DNA from: Lytechinus pictus
Taxonomy: Eukaryota
Assembly: GCF_037042905.1 (NCBI RefSeq)
Contig: NC_087245.1
Span: 18,540,001 to 18,604,000 of the forward strand
Direction of reading: 5' to 3'
Length of the DNA: 64,000 nt
Positions within the stretch are counted from its first letter, which is position 1. Each line of letters opens with the position of its first letter. A program made the translations under genes and the position numbers. A model generated the notes under the pieces. That model ran no database searches, was not told where the DNA came from, and saw only the letters and a program-made list of their open reading frames with translations. Of this stretch, positions 50,572 to 64,000 are shown in pieces.

Positions 50572-52850
50572 GGGGTGACCGGGGTTAGTTGGAACGCGGG
50601 GTAAGTTGAAACATTGTAATTTTCTTTAACGTCTTTAAATAAATTTCTGCAATACTGCCCTCAATTTATTGTCATTATCAACAGCCATTCACCATATTAC
50701 AGACAACACATGTGCAACAAGCCTGGTGAAGTTAGAAAGGAATTTTAGTTTTTAGACCTTCTGAGTAATTTTTTTCTCTTTCAGAAATGTTTTATTATCT
50801 CAGAGAAGTTTATAGATCAAGTTGGCCAGTTTGGGGGTATAATAGACACTTGTACCAAGCTACAAAATGAGGTTATTAATATGCCATGGTGAAGTCCCTT
50901 TTTGTGCTGTAAGCTTATAAACGTCAAATGGGCCTCCGGGGTTAGTTGGAACAAAATTGAAGGGGCTAGTTGGAACATGTTCCTACTTACCCCAAACATA
51001 ATTATGAATAAAAACATTGGATATGAGAAAAAAATATATAAAGTATTTCACACTCTTCTGAACATGTATTGTATACCATGCTTGTTTTGTTTATCAGTTA
51101 ATAGGTCTGAGTGTGCATTTAAGGCCTATTGTAGGCCCCTAATGCAATATTAACCCATATCAAACTGGGGGGGGGGGTTCAATTTGAGCCCCCCCTCGAA
51201 AAATGTCGTCACTACGCCGTCGCGCGAATTTTTTTTACTACACTCCTCGCTGACTTTTTACTTTCAAGTTTTGCGCAGCATTTGAGACCAAATTTGCGAT
51301 GCCTGTGTGCGCGATTTCAAAATTACGCAACATTTTGTACGTGCATGTCGGACCAAAAATTGCTCAAAAACGTGATTCCATGTACAAGGTCAATGCAAAT
51401 TGTGTTTTTCAACCAAAAGTCATAAATGTATGATTCTTTTTTACTTTTGTTGGTTCAAATAGATTTATTTTATGCTACTTATGATCGCAAAAGAGTCCCA
51501 ACAAAGTTCATCGGAAAAAACAAAGGTTAAACAAAACAAAGAAATACAAATAAAAAACAAAAAATACATAAGAAATTATATTTTTTGCAATTTTTGATGG
51601 ATATTTGTTAAAAATGTGAAAATTGATACTCTCACCAAAAATTAGCATTCTACTAGCTTAATACATAGAGTTAAAGGCAAAAACATTATTAAAAAAAAAA
51701 CAAATTTAGGGCAAATTTCATATGCTTATTTGCATAATTAATTAATGAAAAAAATATAAACAATGAATTTTGTCTTGTAATTTTGATGCAGAAGTACATG
51801 AAATTGCTGATAGTACACTTAAAGGAGAATGAAACTCTTGGAGCAAGTTAGCTTTTGTGAAAGCAGAAAAATCAAAGAATAAGATCAACAAAACTTTGAG
51901 TAAAATAGGACTAGCAATAAAAGAGTTATGAGCATTTGAATGTCGAGATCACTAATGCTATGGAGATCCTCCCATTGGCAATGCGACCAAGATCTGTGAT
52001 GTCACACACGTACAACTCTCCCATTTGGACACTGAAAATATACCCCAAAACATCTCTTTTTGCTCATTCTAATCATATGACAAACGATTCATCAATGATA
52101 TAATGTTGTGAAACCTCTGTACTTGTCATCTCATACAGAGAACACGTCACCTTGTGATAGACTCTATAAAAGTGAGAATATAAGTGAAATAAGTACTAAA
52201 GTAATGAGGGAGTTGTACGTGTGTGATATCACGGATCTTGGTCGCATTGCCGATGGGAGGATCTACATGGCACTAGTGATCTCAATATTCAAATGCTCAT
52301 AACTTTCTTATTATTCATTTAATCTTCCTCAAACTTTCAACAATATGTTTCTTTGATTTTTCTCTTTGATATGGATTCAGCTGGTTTCAAGGGTTTCATT
52401 CTCCTTTAATTGCATGTAAAATCAAACGCACCCAAATATGCAGAATTCTACTACACAGTCTGCTTGCGTGAGTGGCTGTATAATAGAAAACATAAAGTTC
52501 AACAAATCCACATTTTGAACTTGAAAAAAATAAAGCAAATAGGCTAAAAGCATGTAATATTACAGTTTTAAGTAGTTTTAGTATAATTCTTAATTGACCA
52601 TGCATTGTTCCAACTTACCCCATACAATGTTCCAACTTACCCCGTATTGGGGTAAGTTGGAACGCTTGCGATGGTCTTGTTCAAGGCGGATTTTTTTCAG
52701 TAACCATAATAGAGTTAAAAATTTTATGGGGTACATTTGAAGCCCTTAGATATATGCTTCAAGCTGATATATTGATTGTTTCTCGAATAAAATCTATTTG
52801 GATTTTACAGCCATTTTTGTCAAAAATGATCCAACTAACCCGGTCTCCCC
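50572..52850. mobile_element. TA-flanked GGGG...CCCC element with nested insertions
   Basis: TA|GGGGTGACCGGGGTTAGTTGGA ... TCCAACTAACCCGGTCTCCCC|TA. Confidence 0.75.
51819..52409. mobile_element. TTAA MITE family B, copy 1
   Basis: TTAAAGGAGAATGAAAC ... GTTTCATTCTCCTTTAA; inverted copy at 57795-58386. Confidence 0.85.
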
Positions 52851-55018
52851 TACCATGTAAAAGTCTATAGGCCACCCAATGAGATAACATGTACATGTAT
52901 CATTGAATGATTGGCATTTGGCAATTTCAAGTGACTCTTAGTATTAAAGCTACAATAATTGGTAGATTTTTTATAAGTATCAAATACATGAAGATATGAA
53001 GGCCTGCATGTACATGCATGCATAACAAATTCTATACTGTTGATGTTTGTACACAGTCAATGCCATATTCCAATTCTGAATGACCCCAAGAATATGCACG
53101 TAAGAGGCTTATGCCTTGAATTATCCTCTAGCGCTCCACTCCCACACATCTTGGGATGAGTGGTAGACGACTTTGTGAATATGTGTACTGTAGAACATGC
53201 ACTACGCAAATTGTTATATGGTATCATACATCATAGAGATAAGACTTGCCTCTGACAATTGAAAAGGTCACATTGCCTACCGGCAGATTGGCCCAAACAA
53301 GAACATTATCAACATGCTCTTCTACACCCTCAAGGACCCAAGTACTGTAGGCCTTTACATACAATACATGTAGACCTGTTCAAATACTATACACCTGCAC
53401 TCATTTGAACAATCTTGAAGAATTGTGACAAGCATGATGTACAATGTACATGTATGTTTCTTTCATGGACCCCAAGGAAGAAAAGTATTGTCATGTCGAC
53501 TAAACTGAATATGGGCTATCCATCCGTTATGATTTTTTTTTATACGGAAAATAACACTATACTATTTCATGCATTGTTTCTACTTTTTATACTTATCTGT
53601 TTTTGATAGCCATGTCTATTCTATCTTTTCCAAAATGCTTTCACATTCACATCTATGTTATATGTATGTCATTTACAATTTAAAAATAATTTTAGTTTTA
53701 AATTGGATCTGAACATTGCCCCTTTTAGTACACCGCATGTACATGTACAATGTATTTCACTCCAATATCAGTTTGTGGAATTACCATTTCAGATAAAATC
53801 ACTGTATAAAGTCCACCCATCCAAAGCACATACATGTATCACATGTAACCCCCTAAATCTCTTAATGAAATATTTAACAAATTAAAATCAAATGTAAATG
53901 TAGGCAAATGAAATCATAAGATATAATGAAAAAATATAATGAGTTGCTGACCTTCAGTAAAATGAAGCATAGCCTATTTCTAGCAATGATCAATGACTGA
54001 CCGCTGAAGACTCAGCTGAAACCTTGACCAAACAATAGCAGATGTGTGGAAAAGTGAAACTGAATACAGCAAACTGTCCAAGCGCTCCTCTCTATTGTTG
54101 TGTGGCATGGCAGAGATCAGTGACAGAAATCAGGTCAATTTGGCAATACAGTTCAAAGCTTTCAAGTACATCTCTATGGTACAAGCAAACAAGATGGGGG
54201 AAGCCTCACAACCAAAATGACAAGTCAATTACCCTTTCTTGAGCTGCTGTGATGTGTAGAGCACAACTGCGTTTGCTTTGAGAAGGATAATGTGCATTTG
54301 TTTCTGAACCTCATTGAGGATGTCATGCACAGCACGGAAGAGGGTATACATGTACAACCATTTCAGATCAGAATTATTTAGACAGGTCTGTAGACATGCA
54401 CATTGTACATACATGTGTACATGCGTTATGTGTACTATCTGAAAATAATGTAAAAATTACATTGTTCTGTTCACCTTCAAAGAAGTCAGGGTTTCATTAC
54501 AGGATATACATGTACATAAATACACTTTATGAAAGCACAAAAATTGAATTTGAAAGTTGCTCTTTCTGATGGTTAACTGCATGTGTATATAATTTTTTTC
54601 TTCATTATTTCATTTAAAACTTTGGCTCAGTATTGTGCTTGCCTTACATGTAGATATTATACCGGCATACATGTACAAGTACATTTGTACATGACACTGT
54701 TCAGCTACATGTACAGTACATGAACATGTAATAAAATGGCAACAAAAATGATCAGGAAGTCCACTGCGGTTTAAATTCCAGTCCCTGGTAACTTTTTCAA
54801 TGGCTTCATGAAACTTGCAAGGTACAAGAAGGAAACGTTCTGACACAAAATATCTGTCTACCATCAATTTTTCCATTATTCACATGGTCTAACTGCCATT
54901 TCATCCACTCACCATTTCTTCTAATAACCAGTACACTCGTCCAATAGCCATTTACATGTAGTCCATACATTTGATCTAATTGGACTGTTAATTCAGCGAA
55001 ATGAATGAAAATAAAATT

Positions 55019-56686
55019 CCCGGGGGGGGGGGCCACTTCCATTGACGAGTGGATACCATGCGCGACCATTGGGTCTCGAAAAGCACCCTAAACACGTATT
55101 TTCAATATTTTGAAAATGCACCCCTTAACAAGTATTGGCATGTGAAACCCTACCCTTAACAAGTATTGGAAACAAAAACGATACTCTTGGCAAGTATTCC
55201 CTGAATTTACCCCCTAAACAAGTACAGCGATATTTTTATTTTTATGTCACTGACGTCGGTCGTCGGTACCTTCATAGTACAGCCCCACCTCCCACATCTC
55301 GCGCGAATCGTACTCTTAACACGTAGTTTTGACTCTTGGGGCAAAAAGTACATGTACATCCTTTATAAAACATTTTAGTCTTAATTTTTTACACCCTCGC
55401 AAATTAGACCCTAAACACGTAGCTTTCCTAGCGAAAATAGATACCCTTTTTTCATTATTTTAGTGTTTTTGACACCCTTATTCCTTTACGTACTAACGTG
55501 CCCTATCTTGAAAAAGACATCCTCTTACAGTCCTTCACGTTTATAATTTCTTGGAGCTCAATAAATCGCTCTCCTTATTTTTTTGAGGAGCTCAATTGAG
55601 CTCCTCAGAATCGCTCTCCTTGAAGAGCTCAAATCAATTCAATACAATACATGTATGATAAATTGTAGATTTTTCTTAACATCGTATATGCAATAGCTGT
55701 GTAGCTATTAATTAATCTGTGGTGAAACTAGGCCTGGGTCAATACGTTTACAAAATATCGCGCTCCTGCTCCCAAAAAAAAAAAAAATTACATCTTTAAA
55801 TCCATGAAATGGCCATCTATTTTCCATAATTCCTTGAAATTATTTTGATTTAGTTGAAAACTATCAGAAAAATGAAGATTATTCACCTCTTTCCCGACTC
55901 TGATTTGAACTTACACTCGGTAAATATTGTAGTCCCAAATGTAGACTTCCATGGTGTTGCCATAAAAATCTACATATGGGACTACAATATTTACCAAGTT
56001 TAAAGAGAAATGCCAGTAGTTGCAGTAAACACTGATTTCATGAGAAAGTCTGTAAACCAGGCTTAATTGTCAGTATATCATCGAGGATCTAGATCTGGTA
56101 CAGTTACATAAACTGAACTTTGTGAAATCTTGAAATCTACGCTGAAAAATGTTCACACTAAAGATCACCAACACAGATAAGCGCACGTGGGACAGTGTAT
56201 TATTATTGCCTTGAATGGCGGCCCGACGCTTGACCCAAATCCTGTGCTTATTCGCTGATTTCTCAGCAATTACATAATTTCTTCCAGAATTCTTTGGTAT
56301 ATACGTTTTATTTATACAAACAGACACTTTGGTGGTCATTTCATTTTGATATCGTTACCACAACTGGCATTTACCTTTAAATTCAAATCAGAGGCGGGGA
56401 AAGAGGTGAATATTCTTCATTTCTCTGATAGTTTTCAACTAAATCAAAATAATTTCAAGTAATTTTGCAAAACAGATGGCCATTTCATTAATTTAAAGAT
56501 CTATGTAAAATGTGAAATTTTAGCAAATTTTTTTTATTAGGAGCGCAATTTTTTGTTCTCATTTTTTTTTAGGAGCGCGGTAGGAGCGCCGGCGCGATCG
56601 CGCTCCTCAAAAATGAAGGTCTGCTTTTTACATGTTTTTTTTATCGCGCATGGTATCCACTCGTCAATGTAAGTGGCCCCCCCGGG
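55019..56686 (+). mobile_element. hAT-type MITE family A, copy 3, expanded by nested insertions
   Basis: Family A TIRs; 8-bp TSD ATAAAATT; 55528-56623 is absent from copies 1 and 2. Confidence 0.9.
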
Positions 56687-57656
56687 ATAAAATTTAACTT
56701 TTTTTTTTGATGAGGTTATTTAGAATTCATTTTTGCCAGGATACGATCACAACGTACTAATCCTTGAACTGTCCCAGAACCGTGGGGGGGGGGGGCTGAC
56801 ACTGCTATGATTTCTTCCAGATACCAGATCGGATTAAACACTAATGAACATATTGCATGTAAATGGGGTAATATCCTACTGAAGTTACATACATGTAAAC
56901 CCAAGTTCTATGACCTTCATCAACACAAAGTTATAACACTGAGAGAATGCATGGCATGAGCTCTCAGCTAACAAAGGCTGAATTAGAGTTGATGGTGGAC
57001 CTTTGACCTAAACCACAGCAAAACCTTCACAACACAGGGCATGCTCTGCCAACTATTCCTTGCAAGAACCCTTCAACATTGGAATACATGTAGCTGGATG
57101 AGATACATGTAATACCCATTGTTACTCAGTTTGAACAACACAGATAAATCAAAGGCTTGATAAAGCCAGAGATGAAATGTGGGGAGAGGTAGGCCTACTG
57201 GGCAGTGATAGTGTGGTGCCATTTGCCAAATGCCAAACAACATCCTAGAATAGCTCTGCGATATACATTAGAGTGTTCCCAGCAGTACACATGTTGAAGG
57301 ACAAACAATAAAAACCTGTGCATCATACCATGATAACTCATTGTTTTTATTGTCTGAAGCTCATTTTTTCATTGATGTGACCTCCATGTGACATCACTTG
57401 AAACTACTTGTTTTGGTTGAGAGTACATGTGTAGGCCAAGATGCAAAAGATTTTACTGGGCTACATGAACGATACTTAAAATTATGCAACGATAGAAAAC
57501 AATGTATCGTGTAAGTACAGGTAATTATGATGTCGCACATGATGATTAATGCGCAGGCTATATATACATGTACGTCAAAGAACAAGTTTATTTTGAATTG
57601 CAAATTTTGGGGGATCCCATTGTTATTGATGCTGGACGTATTCTATAGACCCCTCA

Positions 57657-58623
57657 TACCCCTTTCATAAACCCAATTATGCGGCTAGTAGCAGCATAAT
57701 TTGGTCGTAAAATCGGAGGAGGACCAGAGTTATCCGCATTATTTTGATGCTGCAATTTTCCGCATAATAGCGGCATCGGGACCAGATTTTGACTTTAAAG
57801 GAGAATGAAACCCTTGAAACCATCTGAATCCATATCAAAGAGAAAAATCAAAGAAACATATTGTTGAAAGTTTGAGGAAGATTGAATGAATAATAAGAAA
57901 GTTATGAGCATTTGAATATTGAGATCACTAATGCCATGTAGATCCTCCCATTGGCAATGCAACCAAGATCTGTGATGTCACACACGTACAACTCCCTCAT
58001 TACTTAAGTACTTATTTCACTTATATTCTCACTTTTATAGAGTCTATCACAAGGTGAGGTGTTCTCTTTATGAGAGGACAAGTACAGAGGTTTCACAACA
58101 TTATATCATTGATGAATCGTTTGTCATATGATTAGAATGAGCAAAAAGAGATGTTTTGGGGTATATTTTCAGTGTCCAAAAGGGGAGAGTTGTTCATCTG
58201 TGACATCATAGATCTTGGTCGCATTGCCAATGGGAGGATCTCCATAGCATTAGTGATCTCGACATTCAAATGCTCATAACTCTTATATTGCTAGTCCTAT
58301 TTTACTCAAACTTTTGTTGATCTTATTCTTTGAATTTTCTGCTTTCACAAAAGCTAACTTGCTCCAAGAGTTTCATTCTCCTTTAAGAACGCATTTTCAA
58401 ATAATGCGGATAATTGCCATGGTGCGGTCACAATGTCACCCTTTTCCAACACAACCGCATCGGAGGGGGCGTGTGCAGTTGTCATGACGATTATCCGCCT
58501 TTTTCAGGACGGGCGCAAGTAAAAATAGTGCGGATTATTTTCGGAGTTTGTGAACGCATTTTTATTGAATTATCCGCATTACTCTTAGGTGGCTTATTGG
58601 AGGATGGGTTTATGAAAGGGGTA
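57657..58623. mobile_element. PIF/Harbinger-like MITE containing family B copy 2 (57795-58386)
   Basis: TCA|TACCCCTTTCATAAACCC ... GGGTTTATGAAAGGGGTA|TCA. Confidence 0.8.
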
Positions 58624-58788
58624 TCAGACTACAGGGAAACCACTAACTCCAGGTTCTGTTTCATTTGAGTTACAACTGTTTAAACTTTGCCATTATGGCA
58701 ACTACCATGGTAACCTTGATTTTGATTGGCTGCTGAGTCATTACCATGGCAGTTTCCTTAATGGCAAAGTTACAACCGTAACTCTTTG

Positions 58789-59321
58789 GGTGTGTTCAAC
58801 GGCAATTTTCAAATTTTAAGAGCAATATGAATCATGGTTGAAAACTTAATTCCAAAACACCGAACACAAACACGAACAGCGGTGCACTGTTTAGTGTCGA
58901 AAATATAAAGCTGTTTATATGTTGATCGTCTTTAAATTTCCCGCTTTCGTTAGCGCAGCTTCAGTGCTCAGTTAGGACCCATCACAAGAAAGGTTAGTTC
59001 TGGCACCTGTTTGTGTACAATGTAGGCTTCCACTGCGAGAGAAAATTTAAAGATGTTTCAAAACGCAATTGTGTTCAATGTCGCATTTGCGATGCTCAAG
59101 GTCGTAAATCTTAGCTGATCGTGTTTACAAACGCATCTTTTTCAACGTTTAAATTTTCTTCCAAATCTTGATTTGAAAGAAGTTTACTTTTACGACCAGG
59201 AATTGTGGACATTGATCACACTCTTTGTTTCTCACTATAATTCATATCTGTGTTTTGTAATCACATTTTCGATCATGATCCATGTTGCCGTTTAAATTTG
59301 GAAACCGACATTGAACACACC
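58789..59321. mobile_element. MITE nested in a small older MITE (~58650-59339)
   Basis: GGTGTGTTCAA ... TTGAACACACC inverted termini. Confidence 0.65.
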
Positions 59322-62300
59322 CTTTATGAAACGGGCCCCTGATGTCCAATCACACAGTATAAAATCTGCTGTTAAAGGCCTACAGTCTTGATCATGTTAT
59401 AATCAATTGTAGACCTACTGTACATGCACCTGTTTTTCATATTTATCATGATTGGAAATGTTATCAAACTTGCTAGTGACCACCTGTATAGAAAGATAAT
59501 CAACATGAATATGTATCAGTAAACATGACTACAATTTGTACACATTTTCATGAACATTCAGCAAAGTACAATACATGCACTTATCGTATGTACATGTACA
59601 TAGGGTCTATACTATCGTACTTGTACATGTACATTTACATGTATGTACATGTAACTTGTAACAGTGGGATTACTATACTGCAAAGTATACATGACAAGAC
59701 AATGTGGCCAAAAACTCCTTGTCAATCTGTGAACAATAAAGTACCGGTATTGTATCTTCACACAATGTGTAAGGCCTACATGGACTTACCATGTAAATTT
59801 TCAGTGGAAATGCACACACCCCAATACAATTCATAGGTGCACACTGCACACTGTAGTTGACACAGAAGTTTTGGAGAAATACTGTCCATGGAGGTCTACC
59901 CATTAATATATCAAGAAACTTCTGAAGCCAAAAAGTATACTATTCATGCCACCATGGGGCTACATGTACATATCCATTCTGGGTTCATTCCTCCATCTTG
60001 CCAACACGTTGTGCAATATCTTCTTGCAACACAAAGTGTACATGTACGGTGTATGTACTGTACATGAAGAATGATTCTTGCGTGGTGCAATCTCCATTTT
60101 CCAAAAAAAGCATTACTCATACACAGATCATCTCTTAAAACACTCAAGGAATATGGTTGACTCATATAATTTACATCTACAGACAAGTACATGTACAATG
60201 TGTAACATTTCCCTACTGCAAAATGTTTACATGTACAGTGTTGTGTACAAGGAGCAATGCACATTTCAAAATTCAAATTTTCTATGAAATTGGACTTAAT
60301 TTTTTTTTTCTCACACCAATTTGCATGTCGTTGCTCTGCTGCTCAATATAACTCCAACCTCGAAAAGTGTTACCCAATATATCATTAAGTAATGCCTTCA
60401 TGAATGTATTGTCATGACAACCATGTAGGCCTACATGTATGTATGTATAAATTATAAGGTGTAGTGGTGTACATGTAATAAAAATGAAGTAGAGGACCCT
60501 CTACATCATGGTAACTTTGCTACCACTTATCGAATGTGGTGCAGCTGCATTTTTTTCTGAACCAAGCCTGCAATACATGTAATGTATGTACAATATTAAA
60601 AAAGCTATACAAAGCTGTATGTACACTGTAAGCCTCAATCTGACTACTTTTTAAAGTATTGTAAATTACCATTGGTAATATTTTGATTTAGAAAATAATA
60701 CGGATACGAACATAGAATAAAGATTATTTTACAGCACTGTGGTCAATATGAATGTTTCTTCACATTTAAAGACAAATGAGCTGGACTTCATATCATACAT
60801 GTACATGTACCATACAAATACAAGTACAAGTAGAAAATTGCCATCATTACTAGAAGGCTCATGTTCTAGGTGAAATGATGAAAGGAGGCAAGAATAAGAT
60901 TGTTCAGATTTCAATGAAAAAAAAATACATGTACATAAAAAAGATTTGAACATTTCTAAGGGTCAACCTCTCTGTGAATCCTATCGAAACATGAAGCAAC
61001 ACAAACATAGAAAAGGGAAAATGTATCTGCACACGTACAACGTACATGTACCCTGTACAATTGGAACATGAACAATGCAGTGTAAAAGAGGAAATACAAA
61101 TGAATTTCAATACATATACTGTATGAGGAAGTTTGTCACTGGAAAGTCAATTCTGACAATAAAATCATTGGCTAAAAAAAAAACTAAACCTCCATGAACA
61201 CTTCTCCCCCATCAAAAGCAGGTCAATCTTTGTCCTCTAACCCTTGGAGTTGGAACAATCCTTTAATAAATGAATTGTGTGTCATGCTGCTTTTAACGAA
61301 GCACACAAATAAATGTACATTGGTACATGGCACATAACTGCCTACATGTACATGACATACAGTCCAAACTCCAAAATATTTTATACCAATTCAACTTTTT
61401 CACACTCAGACATGTACAGTACATGTGCATACATGTATGCCTACATATGTGCATGTACACTACAGGTACTAGCCTAGTCTTGTACATTAAAAATACACAT
61501 ACATGTACACTGCATTTCTTCCAAGATCTATGTTTACATGTACATGTACATGTTCACTTTGCCAACAAATCAACCTAATACTGCATATACCGGTAAGAAC
61601 TCTACAAATTTTGTTTGTGCCGCCCCTCTCCTGAACATTTAATTTAAATAGTTCCCTCCAATTTCAACGCCCATTTTGCTTGTTACTGTCACTAGTGCCA
61701 GTTTAGTCAACAAAATTTTACTTTACAGTGTGAGACCCCCCTCTCCCTGGCTCCCTTAACCTGTTTTGCTCGTTTCATAGAAAACTGATATTTCACTACC
61801 CACATCCCAATAGTATACACTGTACAAATCCTGAATCCACCTACATTGTATGTACAGTTATAATGTAAAGGTACACTGTTGGCACTAAATTGATAACTTA
61901 ATTTATTTGAACACACCAAACTGTCAGTAATTCAGCTCATCAGAAATGGTGAGCCTGGAATGTATTCACCATTCATCAGGGTGATTTCATCCTACATGTA
62001 GATTGCAATTACTGAACTATTAGGCGTAGATGCCAGAAGAACACTAACAAGGTTTTGTGAGGTTCATATGTTTTCAAAACATTTTTTTTTTATCAAATCA
62101 CAATTCTAATTGAAGAATACAGGTATATGTAGATGTGAAAAGTGATCAAGCGATTTTGTTTACAATTTGTACATGGATACATTATTTCATTTACTACAAT
62201 GTACTGTTCATGTACACATCATAAACAACATACATTTGTCCAATATGTACTGGATGTTCCAGAATGATAAACTAAAATATCAAGTGGAGAAAAAATTATG

Positions 62301-63508
62301 TATATTTGCATTGTTTGTATCCCGCTATGATTATAAAATTCACTTGTTATTCCCTGATGGATTATAAAGTGATCAAATGTGAAGACAGACATCGTCTCCT
62401 GACAATGAAGATGAGACAGCTATTCCATTTCCACCCACACAAGATCCTAAAATACTTACAAGTCCAAGCTCAATATAATGTAATATACAAGGATTTGGGG
62501 ACACATTAATCTGAATGGTTGTAAAAAGCTTTGGGTGCTTGAAAATGTGAGATTTGAACTGATGGACTGATGGAATATGTTTGAAAATTTCTGCAAACAC
62601 AAAGCCTTGGCAATAAATAAGATGCCATCCGTCTAGTATCCATTTTTCTATCATTCTCCTAAACACACAATATCTCTTTTCATAAATTGAAAGGCAGGCT
62701 ACATAATATTTAAACGTATAAGAGACCATTTGCTTGGTTGGTAAATCGCCAATTTGTCTACTGCCAACTCGTCCACTCACTACATGGTCTACTTTTATTT
62801 AGTCTTATGCCATTCCGTCCATAAACATTTCGTCAAATACATGTAACCATTTGGTCCAATAACGATTTGGTAAAATCATCACTTCGTCTTATCACCAATT
62901 CGTCTATATTCGTCTTATAACCGGTTGGTCTAATACCCATTTCATTTTTTTTTTAAACAGATTGATTCACAGCAGCCTCCAAATATCAGGTATGTTCTCA
63001 GATAATTTAAAAGGATCACATGTACATGTATGCATTGAACAATGTACCCATCTTCAATGAAGTATTTTATCATAAACTATTAATAACAGAAATTCTTGAA
63101 AATCTACCATGCTACCAAACCATGCTGACATCAAAAAACAAAAACTCCGTAAAAGGAAAACAATAGAAAAAATACAAATTGTATCTGAACTTACCCGATT
63201 ATCCATTGATAATTTATGACAATCTTCTATTATGAATAATTTTCTGCTTTTATCAAACCCAAATTCAGTGGAGATTCCCCCCACCCCTTTAATTCTGAAG
63301 TCAAATTACAGGAGAAAATCATTACATATTTGCATTAATAATAGATTTATTCAAAGACTTAATTTTGCTGGTATCAGATTGCAATTTGTTCCACTTTTTT
63401 TAAACAGCTACTACTACTACACAGTCTTCTGTGTAGCAGATTTTACATACTGTAGGACTGGACAGAAATGTAATCATTTGGGAGCTTCTCTTTTATCCTT
63501 ATGACATT

Positions 63509-63970
63509 GAGGCCGTTCTCATTACGCTTTCTAAAACTAGTTTACTGGAAACCGATTCAGGAAACCACTTTGGAAGATCGCTTTGCTAGCGTTCCCACTT
63601 GATCACACGAAAGTGGTTTTCAAAATCACTTCACGTAAAGCGCTCTTGTTGCTATGGAAATGCTCTGTGGGGTGACACGTTTCGCGCGAAATTCGAAACC
63701 GCAGCATAGGCATTCTACACCTGTGGTGTGGAGTAGCGCGCTCAAAATGTGCGAAGATCGCTTCCCGAAGAACGGTTGTGTCCTCACTTACGCTAAAACC
63801 AGTTTAAAGAGGCAAAGCGATCTTGAAAACTACATCGCGAGGTGGTTTTCCAAACTGGTTTGGAAGATCGCTTCCAAGACTGCTTCGACCGTTCTCACTA
63901 CGCGTTAAACTAGTTTCCACTAAACTAGTTTCCAGTAAACTAGTTTTAGGAACGTAGTGAGAACAGCCTC
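63509..63970. mobile_element. MITE with imperfect ~45-bp TIRs
   Basis: GAGGCCGTTCTCATTACG...AAAACTAGTTTACTGGAAAC / GTTTCCAGTAAACTAGTTTT...CGTAGTGAGAACAGCCTC; CpG-rich body. Confidence 0.75.
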
Positions 63971-64000
63971 TAAATGGTAATCAAATTTGGTAAGCAGAAG

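Noticed and set aside
59525..62780. Many short Cys/His/Met/Tyr-rich ORFs
   Set aside because: Translation artefacts of TACATG/CATGTA-rich intron DNA

Overview
AT-rich, intron-rich animal genomic DNA. The repeat complement suggests an invertebrate deuterostome, probably a sea urchin; this is inference. Three spliced genes were reconstructed by hand with consistent GT-AG phases: (1) an Emi1/Emi2-family APC/C inhibitor (FBXO5/FBXO43-like, + strand, CDS 5001-15369, 583 aa); (2) proteasome inhibitor PI31 (PSMF1, + strand, 20452-30959, 303 aa); (3) a PRL phosphatase (PTP4A, - strand, 46261-42223, 179 aa) with an inferred ~7 kb 3'UTR, an ~800-nt uORF-bearing leader exon and a >17 kb upstream intron. 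The last Emi1 intron holds a full-length PAT-like DIRS tyrosine-recombinase retrotransposon (7861-13853) with decayed ORFs but apparently identical split direct repeats. Many non-autonomous DNA transposons, often nested, a Helentron-type element carrying a ~163-bp tandem array, and a tRNA-derived SINE fill the introns. The most interesting observations are the PTP4A leader uORFs (including a 51-aa Cys/His-rich peptide), the altered Emi1 D-box and RL tail, the DIRS element, and strong TACATGTA enrichment in the PTP4A upstream intron.
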